A stretch of DNA of 20,000 nt from an uncultured virus (IMG/VR IMGVR_UViG_3300032293_000679) (Duplodnaviria > Heunggongvirae > Uroviricota > Caudoviricetes), in IMG/VR virus record IMGVR_UViG_3300032293_000679. One strand, given 5' to 3'. Positions 1-6,095 of this stretch are shown piece after piece. Below the pieces are notes generated by a model. The model had not been told where the DNA came from and ran no database searches. It saw only the letters and a list, made by a program, of their open reading frames with translations. The translations under genes and the position numbers were made by a program. Position 1 is the first letter of the stretch, and the number at the start of each line of letters is the position of its first letter.

Positions 1-592
1 GGTTGTATACATTAGCTAAGTCTGCACCTCTTCTATAACGAGCTGTATTATACTTGGCATCTGGATATATTGTTCTGCCTTTACCGTATTCCTTATCAGA
101 ATCTCTAAATACGGTTTCATCATCAAATAAGGTGTAAGTGCCATCATCATTTTTCTCAACTCTAGCACCTTTGCCTTTAGCAGCTTCAATAAGGTCTTTG
201 CCTGACCTTATTCCCATCCCCTTAAACTTAGGGTCAATAGCGTATCCACTTTTATTTAAGTGACCAAGAAATTCTGAAACATCAGACCTGCGCTTCATTT
301 CGTCTGTCTTACCTTGATAGTCTTGATAAGCTTTAATTTGACTTTCTAATATAGGAGGCTTGTAGTCTGCGCTTTTTTTAAGGCGCACCCAATTTTCTGG
401 GTTTGTATCGGCTAAGCTTAAAGCAGCAGGGGAGTGTTTCTTAAAGAATCTGTAGATTTCACCTGCATCGGTTAGACCCAAGTCTTTAACAGCTTGCATA
501 GCAGAGGATACACTCATTAATGTAGTGTAGTCACTCTTGCTCTTCTTCTTGCCTTGTCCACCTTCAGGTGGATTCTTATCAAATGGAGGCAT
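1..592 (-). CDS. hypothetical phage protein, 3'-partial (runs off the left edge, at least 197 aa)
   Basis: Manual translation from ATG at 592 (MPPFDKNPPEGGQGKKKSKSDY...RRGADLANVYN) is open to the window edge; it starts 8 nt after the stop of ORF 601-804; absent from the ORF track because no stop is in the window. Confidence 0.8.
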   Translation of the reverse strand, partial: MPPFDKNPPEGGQGKKKSKSDYTTLMSVSSAMQAVKDLGLTDAGEIYRFFKKHSPAALSLADTNPENWVRLKKSADYKPPILESQIKAYQDYQGKTDEMKRRSDVSEFLGHLNKSGYAIDPKFKGMGIRSGKDLIEAAKGKGARVEKNDDGTYTLFDDETVFRDSDKEYGKGRTIYPDAKYNTARYRRGADLANVYN

Positions 593-600
593 GGCTTTTA

Positions 601-804
601 TTATTTTTTCATTTTACCTTTAGATGCCATCTTAGCCATCTTTTCTTTGCCGTACTTTTTCATACCGACTTTAGCAGCGACAGCAGCACCAACCTTAGCG
701 GCTTTTGCAGGAGACATACCTTTTTTCTCGTAGCTTTTTTCTACCTTTTCTTCAAGAGCAGCAAATCTTTTGCCACTACCTAATGGAGCTTTTTTCATCA
801 TCAT
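601..804 (-). CDS. small Lys/Ala/Met-rich basic protein, possibly DNA-binding or virion-associated
   Basis: 67 aa, extremely K/A/M/G rich, tightly packed in the minus-strand operon. Confidence 0.75.
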   Translation of the reverse strand: MMMKKAPLGSGKRFAALEEKVEKSYEKKGMSPAKAAKVGAAVAAKVGMKKYGKEKMAKMASKGKMKK

Positions 805-811
805 GGTTATC

Positions 812-1144
812 TTATCTTATTTTTTTATACTGCTTGTCGTAGTTTTTGTATATTTTATCTCTAGTTTTTGTAAATGTAGAGTCACCAGCTCTTCTTGCCT
901 CAATTGCGCTAATAGAGTCGTTTGCAGAGCTATACCTCTTATTCATGATTTCCCTATCTGCTGGAGTCATTTTTTTATAAAAGTTATGAGCAGCAGTTTC
1001 AGAAGGGAAAGAAGAGTACTTCTTAATGTTGCTCAATTGCTTCTTATAAGCATTAGCTAGGTTGGTAGAATCTGAAGTCCAGAACTGATCACGCATTTGC
1101 TTGGCAGCGTTTGCAGGCGGTGCAACTGGTTTTTTAGGTTTCAT
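812..1144 (-). CDS. hypothetical basic protein
   Basis: 110 aa ORF with an A-rich leader, downstream of the promoter at 1176-1206. Confidence 0.75.
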   Translation of the reverse strand: MKPKKPVAPPANAAKQMRDQFWTSDSTNLANAYKKQLSNIKKYSSFPSETAAHNFYKKMTPADREIMNKRYSSANDSISAIEARRAGDSTFTKTRDKIYKNYDKQYKKIR

Positions 1145-1175
1145 GGTTATTTTTATTAATTTTAATATTAAAACA

Positions 1176-1206
1176 CAAATATATGAAAAATACTATGCTT
1201 CTCCAA
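1176..1206 (-). promoter_or_regulatory. Bacteroidota sigma-A type promoter (-33 TTG / -7 TAnnTTTG)
   Basis: Minus strand TTG (1204-1206), 20-nt spacer, TATATTTG (1176-1183). Confidence 0.65.
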
Positions 1207-1387
1207 CAGGGTTAAATTTGAAGGGTTGCCTTTTCTTTTTAAAGTAGTTGTAGACCGTTTCTACCATCATCTCAATATCTTTCTCATCTCCGTTAAAGAT
1301 ACTTCTGACAGTATTGTCTTTCATGTAGATTGTTATCAAGGAAGGACTGTCATTTACATCCTTCATTACTTCTTCTTCGTTAACCAT
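1193..1387 (-). CDS. hypothetical protein
   Basis: 64 aa ORF in a packed operon. Confidence 0.7.
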   Translation of the reverse strand: MVNEEEVMKDVNDSPSLITIYMKDNTVRSIFNGDEKDIEMMVETVYNYFKKKRQPFKFNPVGEA

Positions 1388-1397
1388 ATTTGTATTT

Positions 1398-1565
1398 TTA
1401 TGAGAATTGGGCTAAACCTATTAAAAATTCCTTGCACTCTTCACGAGCCTTTTCAACACCTCCTATAGCCTTTATAGTCTCTGGGCTGACATAGAATGTA
1501 ATTGGTACTACTTTCTGATTGTTAGGTATTGCTTTCCTACCTCTTGTTTCCTTTTTCTTTTTCAT
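1398..1565 (-). CDS. small basic putative DNA-binding protein (RGRK arm plus ribbon-helix-helix-like segment)
   Basis: Likely start MKKKKETRGRK at 1565, 2 nt after the upstream stop; VVPITFYVS strand followed by helices. Confidence 0.55.
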   Translation of the reverse strand: MKKKKETRGRKAIPNNQKVVPITFYVSPETIKAIGGVEKAREECKEFLIGLAQFS

Positions 1566-1567
1566 TG

Positions 1568-1750
1568 CTATAATGATTTTAATAATACTCCGTACAAAAC
1601 AGCGATTACTGCCACGCATAATGTTAGCACTGTGACACCTAATCCGAATGTTCCTATAATACCCTCTTCAAACTTGTGAGAGGTTAACTTTTCTGTGGCA
1701 TACCCAACAAGGTATATCATCAAGCAAAATACTACTGTGTAAGCTATCAT
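1568..1750 (-). CDS. small membrane protein with 2 predicted TM helices
   Basis: 60 aa with two hydrophobic stretches; ATGA overlap with the upstream ORF. Confidence 0.7.
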   Translation of the reverse strand: MIAYTVVFCLMIYLVGYATEKLTSHKFEEGIIGTFGLGVTVLTLCVAVIAVLYGVLLKSL

Positions 1751-1905
1751 AATTTTATTCTATAATTCCAAAATTTAAAAGGGTACTTAGCAAAGTACAG
1801 GTCTCCATACTTATCCTTATACCTGTAAATGTATGCATTATCTACATAGTCTATAAATCCAAAGCTGTGTGGCTTCATGGTGAGCCTGCTAATTATCCTT
1901 TTCAT
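1747..1905 (-). CDS. hypothetical protein (52 aa, not in ORF track)
   Basis: Manual translation MKRIISRLTMKPHSFGFIDYVDNAYIYRYKDKYGDLYFAKYPFKFWNYRIKL; fills the gap and overlaps both neighbours. Confidence 0.65.
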   Translation of the reverse strand: MKRIISRLTMKPHSFGFIDYVDNAYIYRYKDKYGDLYFAKYPFKFWNYRIKL

Positions 1906-2119
1906 CTACTCCTCCATGGATTTCATTGTAGTATTCGTGCATACCTTTATATTGATTTTGTTTTGAATCGTATGCCCCATCGTTATAAGCACCTTCAATT
2001 TGGAATCTTTCCATTTTAATAGCTTCCTTAATTAGGTCTGGTCTTATAAATGCCGAGTTCAAGCAATCTGAATTTACTTGTTCAACTAGCCACTCTACTG
2101 CTGTTTTTCTTTTGCTCAT
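1889..2119 (-). CDS. hypothetical phage protein (TAVEWL motif type)
   Basis: 76 aa; N-terminal KTAVEWL and ..EAIKMER.QI..AY..G pattern recalled from Bacteroidota phage small proteins. Confidence 0.75.
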   Translation of the reverse strand: MSKRKTAVEWLVEQVNSDCLNSAFIRPDLIKEAIKMERFQIEGAYNDGAYDSKQNQYKGMHEYYNEIHGGVDEKDN

Positions 2120-2382
2120 TTATTTGATTTTAATAATGATTCTGACAATCTCTTATACAGCTCTTCTGCGCTATTAACTATTTCCTTAGCTACCAATTCT
2201 AAGTATGGTTGACACATATTTTCTCTGAGTTTAACCGTAAAGTTTTCAGACTCATCGTTTTCAAATTGAATCTTACCCTCGTAACGATCAACAGTATTAT
2301 CAAAGCTGTACCCCCTTTTAAATTCAAACTCAAGCTTTCTTAATCTCCAGCTTGATTTTTGTTGTTGTTTATTGTTTTCCAT
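2116..2382 (-). CDS. hypothetical protein
   Basis: 88 aa, ATGA overlap with the downstream ORF. Confidence 0.75.
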   Translation of the reverse strand: MENNKQQQKSSWRLRKLEFEFKRGYSFDNTVDRYEGKIQFENDESENFTVKLRENMCQPYLELVAKEIVNSAEELYKRLSESLLKSNK

Positions 2383-2384
2383 GT

Positions 2385-2846
2385 CTACATTCTATTTCCG
2401 TTGTACATAATATTAATATTGATATAGTATCCATTCTTTACCCTTCGGTAGATGATATTGTTTTCAAGCAGATTGACTATGCCGCTATAGATATTTGCTC
2501 TGCTCTTGTAGCCAGTGTATTCCATGCAATCTTCCATGTGAATATCTATGTCATCCTTCTTAACCGCAAGGTTAGCAAGTATGTAGCAGAGTATCTTTAG
2601 TCCAGCAGAGTTTAGGTTGCTGACAGTAGGGAGTCCATCAACAAATAGTTTTCTGAACTCCTTCTTATCTACAACAAATCTATTAGACTTGTCCATCTCT
2701 TGCATAACAATCTCCTCACCAGTATCGGTATCAACCAATTGTCTGACATCACCTTTCTTAACAGAGGTTACATTACGCATATCCTCATCAAGCATCTTGG
2801 AGGGGTTTACACTATAAGATTCAAAATCCTTAATCGTTAATTTCAT
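2385..2846 (-). CDS. RepL-like winged-helix replication/maintenance protein
   Basis: LVDTDTGE, F.KLF, LNSAGLKILCYI, HTH-like CMEYTGYKSRANIYSGIVNLLENNII and terminal YYININIMYNGNR resemble RepL-family proteins. Confidence 0.6.
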   Translation of the reverse strand: MKLTIKDFESYSVNPSKMLDEDMRNVTSVKKGDVRQLVDTDTGEEIVMQEMDKSNRFVVDKKEFRKLFVDGLPTVSNLNSAGLKILCYILANLAVKKDDIDIHMEDCMEYTGYKSRANIYSGIVNLLENNIIYRRVKNGYYININIMYNGNRM

Positions 2847-2900
2847 TTTTTTATTTTAAACAAACTTTTATCAAAAGTTGTATTTTTTGCAAGTTTTGCT

Positions 2901-2930
2901 ATTCATGGGGACAATATGTCCCTATTGAAT
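2901..2930. terminator. intergenic inverted repeat (terminator or operator)
   Basis: ATTCA-TGGGGACA-ATA-TGTCCCTA-TTGAAT directly after the stop of ORF 2936-3556 and upstream of the RepL-like gene. Confidence 0.4.
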
Positions 2931-2935
2931 TTTGT

Positions 2936-3556
2936 TTATACTTGTTTTATTATGTCGTAATAGAAAGAGTTTGTATCTTCTACTATCCATTTGTCTGATT
3001 GATTTTCTACAGATGCAAGCTCAGTGTCTACTTTAAATTGCTTTAAATTTTCTGGCAATTCTTTTGTTACAAAGTTAGAGTCTTTCCATAGTATCCTATT
3101 ATTAGGCATACACAATAAGTATCCATCATCTGATTTTAAGATATGTCCACACTTGTAGTCTGAAGGTTCTTCGCTATATGGATTATTGTACCAGTCAATA
3201 GTAAACATATAGGTAGCCCATACTTTAGTACTATCTCTTAAAATAACCTGTGCCTTGTGGTATGCTAGAAAGTCATAGTTAACAACAGCTACATTCTCAC
3301 TGAAGCAATCCCATAGTTGCTTATAGTTAAAGGGTACATCTTTTGTTGGTACTTTAGTATATATTTCAGATATAGGCACTCTACTTCTTAGCATACCAGA
3401 ATCTGTCATAACATGAAAGGTAAGTATCTTTCCTGCACATGACTGAATACCAAAAACATAAACATTATAATACTCAGAACTATCTTCTTCGTTTTTAGTA
3501 AAATGAGATTTTTTTACAAGAGCCTTAAAACTTGGTATATTTGAATTTAACTCCAT
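2936..3556 (-). CDS. conserved phage protein of unknown function
   Basis: 206 aa; QLWDCFS, YMFTIDW, KCGH and PNNRI motifs recalled from widespread aquatic phage hypothetical proteins. Confidence 0.8.
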   Translation of the reverse strand: MELNSNIPSFKALVKKSHFTKNEEDSSEYYNVYVFGIQSCAGKILTFHVMTDSGMLRSRVPISEIYTKVPTKDVPFNYKQLWDCFSENVAVVNYDFLAYHKAQVILRDSTKVWATYMFTIDWYNNPYSEEPSDYKCGHILKSDDGYLLCMPNNRILWKDSNFVTKELPENLKQFKVDTELASVENQSDKWIVEDTNSFYYDIIKQV

Positions 3557-4002
3557 TATTGTTCCTTATGAAATGAACCGTTAACGGTCTTACCTTTTCT
3601 ATCTTTGATTTCATTGTATGCAGATTCCAAGCACTCAACAAGATCCAAACCGTATCTAGCTGCTGCATCATGCAAGAAGTTCATTGCAGATGGATTACAG
3701 AAATCTGGACTCACCCTTCTAACTACATCATACAATTCTATTTCAATTATAGTATGCGTACATGAAAGGGTGTACCTATGCTTTAGCTGCGACCCAAGGA
3801 TAATCATGGTAACAGCTATATCGCCAAAGCCATCAATCATTTGTAGCTTATCCCTTTTAATGATAGCTCTAGCGGTTTCACCGACTTCTTCTAGGAACTT
3901 GAGATACTGCTTACCAGCATTCCCATCGTGAATTAAATCTCTTTCTTTAGCCCATGCAATCACTTGTTCGCAGAGCTGTTTGTATCTTTCTTCTTTATTC
4001 AT
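3556..4002 (-). CDS. MazG-like NTP pyrophosphohydrolase
   Basis: WAKERDL..KQYLKFLEEVGE..DGFGDIAVT (EExGE...D..D metal motif) and C-terminal CLESAYNEIKDRKG. Confidence 0.85.
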   Translation of the reverse strand: MNKEERYKQLCEQVIAWAKERDLIHDGNAGKQYLKFLEEVGETARAIIKRDKLQMIDGFGDIAVTMIILGSQLKHRYTLSCTHTIIEIELYDVVRRVSPDFCNPSAMNFLHDAAARYGLDLVECLESAYNEIKDRKGKTVNGSFHKEQ

Positions 4003-4005
4003 TTG

Positions 4006-4230
4006 TTATTTTTTATAAAATTTTAAAAGTTCTTGTTCAACCTCAGACCAAAGAGCAAGCTCACTATCTGAAGCCTTATATCCAAGTACCTCAGAGCAAC
4101 ACTTCAATGCAAAGCGATTGGCTAGCAGATCGCACACCTTAACATCATGCGTAGCTGCTTCAAGCAGAATTATTTTAAAGCTGTTGAATAAGTCTTTTGC
4201 TTTTTCTGTAGGTGTTATTGTTATTTCCAT
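4006..4230 (-). CDS. hypothetical phage protein (TP.EKA..L type)
   Basis: 74 aa; TPTEKAKDL ... WSEVEQEL pattern. Confidence 0.7.
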   Translation of the reverse strand: MEITITPTEKAKDLFNSFKIILLEAATHDVKVCDLLANRFALKCCSEVLGYKASDSELALWSEVEQELLKFYKK

Positions 4231-4245
4231 GCTATTTATATTTTG

Positions 4246-4313
4246 CGGTTAGAGCCAGACTTATTCCTGTTTTTATGAAGTCGCAAATTGCGACCTCGTT
4301 CCGCCATCTAACC
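4246..4313 (-). ncRNA. degenerate tRNA-like element without an anticodon arm
   Basis: Acceptor stem GGTTAGA/TCTAACC (7 bp), TGGCGGAA D-arm start, 9-bp hairpin GAGGTCGCA-ATT-TGCGACTTC, decayed T-arm, 3' G-CAA. Confidence 0.5.
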
Positions 4314-4318
4314 ATTTG

Positions 4319-4442
4319 TGGAGAAGACAAGATTTGAACTTGTATATACTTCAGATACTATCTGCTGGATTGTATTAATAAGGTAAAGTATATTATATCC
4401 AGTTACATACCCTATTAGCGTCTACCATTCCGCCACTTCTCC
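4319..4442 (-). ncRNA. 124-nt tRNA-like RNA on a Leu-type scaffold with an expanded central region; anticodon not assignable
   Basis: Acceptor GGAGAAG/CTTCTCC, D-arm TGGCGGAATGGTAGACGC, T-arm ACAAG-TTCAAAT-CTTGT, discriminator A then CAA; 74 nt between D and T arms with CTGGAT/ATCCAG and CAGAT/ATCTG stems. Confidence 0.75.
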
Positions 4443-4446
4443 ATTT

Positions 4447-4535
4447 GCAACTTTTATAATACCCCTAGAGTTGCCAACTATGCTAACCTGACGATTTAGC
4501 CGATTGCTTTGAGCATTGTCAAGAGGCTTATCGGG
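4447..4535 (-). ncRNA. candidate pseudoknotted structured RNA upstream of the tRNA-like pair
   Basis: Four complementary pairs within ~90 nt: CCGAT/ATCGG, CTTGAC/GTCAGG, ATGCT/AGCAT, GCAACT/AGTTGC. Confidence 0.35.
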
Positions 4536-4683
4536 TCTTCGATCCATATTCCTCGAGAAATAGAGGGCTAATATGTTAAATATTTTAAACAGATATAACG
4601 TTTTTGTCTAATATATTAAACATTATAACTTGTCATTTAAAGAACAATTGCACTATATTTTGTGCAATTTAAGGGATGTTAAT

Positions 4684-4950
4684 CTAGAATTTCAAGCCCT
4701 GAGCTGTTGGCTCAATAACCGTTCCTGTGTTTGGATCTTTACTACTCGGATAAGGATTTGCTTCTCCTAATCTTTTCAAGTCCATACCAAGCCACATGAC
4801 AGCTTCTTGTAATTTGGTAATTGATAATGATCTTTCTCTTGATGATGGCAAGGCTTTTAATTCTTGAATTAATTCATCAATGTTTTTTCTTAGTTTTTTG
4901 TTTGCTACTACTTCTGCTTCGTAAGCAAGACTTGTTTCTGATTTTTCCAT
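4684..4950 (-). CDS. Acb2/Tad1-like helical hairpin protein (putative anti-defence signal sponge)
   Basis: SRERSLSITKLQEAVMWL resembles the RE.(S/A)LAITKLEEA.MWL helix of Tad1-related hairpin proteins. Confidence 0.55.
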   Translation of the reverse strand: MEKSETSLAYEAEVVANKKLRKNIDELIQELKALPSSRERSLSITKLQEAVMWLGMDLKRLGEANPYPSSKDPNTGTVIEPTAQGLKF

Positions 4951-4955
4951 TTTGT

Positions 4956-5174
4956 TTAATCTAGAATCTTACGCCATTCTTGTTGTAATTCCCAAGGATT
5001 CTTAGTGTACTCAATAAGGGTAGTCATTGCTCTTTCTGTATCTTCAAAGGCAATTGCTTTACAGCCTACCCTTATGATACAACCTCTGTCTAGAAATTCA
5101 ATTCTGATGTCATGGTATTTAAGAGCTTCTTTGTCTGAAGGTCTACACTCTTCTGGTCTTTCTTGATCTTGCAT
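4956..5174 (-). CDS. hypothetical phage protein
   Basis: Likely ATG start at 5174 (MQDQERPEEC), since the longer start overlaps the -7 promoter box; IEFLDRGCIIRVGCKAIAF motif. Confidence 0.75.
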   Translation of the reverse strand: MQDQERPEECRPSDKEALKYHDIRIEFLDRGCIIRVGCKAIAFEDTERAMTTLIEYTKNPWELQQEWRKILD

Positions 5175-5201
5175 ATTATTTTCTTTTTTAATGTTATGGT
5201 A

Positions 5202-5232
5202 CAAATATACAATGTACTCAAATCAAGTACAA
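5202..5232 (-). promoter_or_regulatory. Bacteroidota sigma-A type promoter driving the left arm
   Basis: TTG (5230-5232), 20-nt spacer, TATATTTG (5202-5209); overlapped by the first repeat units. Confidence 0.65.
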
Positions 5233-5366
5233 GTACTCATTTCATATACTTGTACTCATTTTATATACAAGTACTCATATTAAGTACATTTACACTATTC
5301 AATATTTGTACTCATTTTACATACTTGTACTCATTTCAAGTACTTTTTGTACTCATTTTGAGTACA
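5213..5366. repeat. array of seven 19-bp pseudo-palindromic units (iteron/operator-like)
   Basis: GTACTCA at 5214, 5233, 5252, 5271, 5308, 5327, 5349; last unit is TGTACTCA-TTT-TGAGTACA (5348-5366) with perfect arms. Confidence 0.85.
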
Positions 5367-5853
5367 GACCCCCCTCTAGAATCAGGCATCTCCAGCCATT
5401 CCTTCTTAATATTATTAAGCCAGCAGTAATATCGGTAGATATAAACAGGTTGTTGATAGATATGTAAGGGTATAAACTTACTTCACGCAATGCTGCGCAA
5501 GTGTATAGGCTGACTATAGAGAAGGATGTCTGGTTAAAAAACCATACTGCGTATAGAAATAGGGGTATTATGCATTATAGGGGTGGGCGTGAAATAAAAG
5601 TTAGAGGTATTGTACTAGAGAGGGGTAATACCACCAATAAAATAATAATTTTATACAATAAAAAAACATCCCTGCCCATCTCTTACCCTACCCCTATCAA
5701 GGTTAAAGGCTGTTTATGTATATACTCTACTTATTTAGATTTAGTCTAATTATAAACTTGAATTGAATTTAACCTAACAAGTGTTAGTTAGGTAGCTAGC
5801 AAAGTTATCCCCTATCTTATCCCCTAAACAATTTTAATACCTTATTTGATAGC

Positions 5854-5876
5854 TTGTTTAGAATCATTCTAAATAA
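5854..5876. promoter_or_regulatory. palindromic operator, Bacteroidota Fur-box-like
   Basis: TTGTTTAGAAT-C-ATTCTAAATAA; degenerate second copy TTATTTAGATTTAGTCTAATTAT at 5731-5753. Confidence 0.45.
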
Positions 5877-5882
5877 TTTGCT

Positions 5883-5965
5883 TGTCTATTTTTTTAGACA
5901 AGCTGTCTAATTTTATAGACTCTGATTATCAGCACTTTACATAAATTTGTCTAATTTTATGGAAT
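5883..5965. promoter_or_regulatory. three TGTCTA-N6-TAGACA-type sites (putative activator-binding/UAS sites)
   Basis: 5883-5900 perfect arms, 5904-5921 near-perfect (21 bp offset), 5948-5965 half-conserved. Confidence 0.55.
5927..5939 (+). promoter_or_regulatory. IHF-consensus site
   Basis: TATCAGCACTTTA fits WATCARnnnnTTR; part of a 16-bp direct repeat TGATTATCAGCACTTT. Confidence 0.5.
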
Positions 5966-5976
5966 TATTACTCATT

Positions 5977-5991
5977 ACAAATACTATGCCA
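5977..5991 (-). promoter_or_regulatory. sigma54-like -24/-12 promoter, leftward
   Basis: Minus strand TGGCAT-AGTAT-TTGT. Confidence 0.45.
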
Positions 5992-6020
5992 AAGTATTTT
6001 TATACTTGTATTGCTTTGAT

Positions 6021-6033
6021 TATCAGCACTTTG
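6021..6033 (+). promoter_or_regulatory. IHF-consensus site
   Basis: TATCAGCACTTTG, ending 18 bp before the -24 box of the rightward promoter. Confidence 0.5.
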
Positions 6034-6051
6034 CACTTTTTTATGGTTTTT

Positions 6052-6066
6052 TGGCATACCAATTGT
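6052..6066 (+). promoter_or_regulatory. sigma54-like -24/-12 promoter, rightward, heading the plus-strand operon
   Basis: TGGCAT-ACCAA-TTGT with canonical spacing, about 30 nt before the ATG at 6096. Confidence 0.55.
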
Positions 6067-6095
6067 ACTATGTATACCAAACAAACACAAACAAT

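Noticed and set aside
2872..2879. Promoter -7 box for the RepL-like gene
   Set aside because: AACTTTTG lacks the conserved TA; too weak to call
568..4142. Plus-strand ORFs opposite the left-arm genes, and likewise minus-strand ORFs inside right-arm genes
   Set aside because: Antisense shadows of well-packed operons with atypical composition
4383..4389. Ochre suppressor anticodon (CT-TTA-CC loop) in the tRNA-like RNA, implying stop-codon recoding
   Set aside because: The stem is bulged and out of canonical position, base 37 would be C, and TAA, TAG and TGA all end genes normally here with intact ORFs in the standard code
4570..4668. AT-rich near-repeats (AATATGTTAAATATT / AATATATTAAACATT) and the TTGCAC..GTGCAA palindrome
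   Set aside because: Real but short and low-complexity; no function can be supported
5213..5366. CRISPR array or mini-array
   Set aside because: Units are 19 bp and contiguous with no unique spacers; no cas genes in the window
5163..5749. Plus-strand ORFs 5163-5429 and 5501-5749
   Set aside because: They translate repeat and regulatory DNA, have non-ATG starts and no leader, and do not look like proteins
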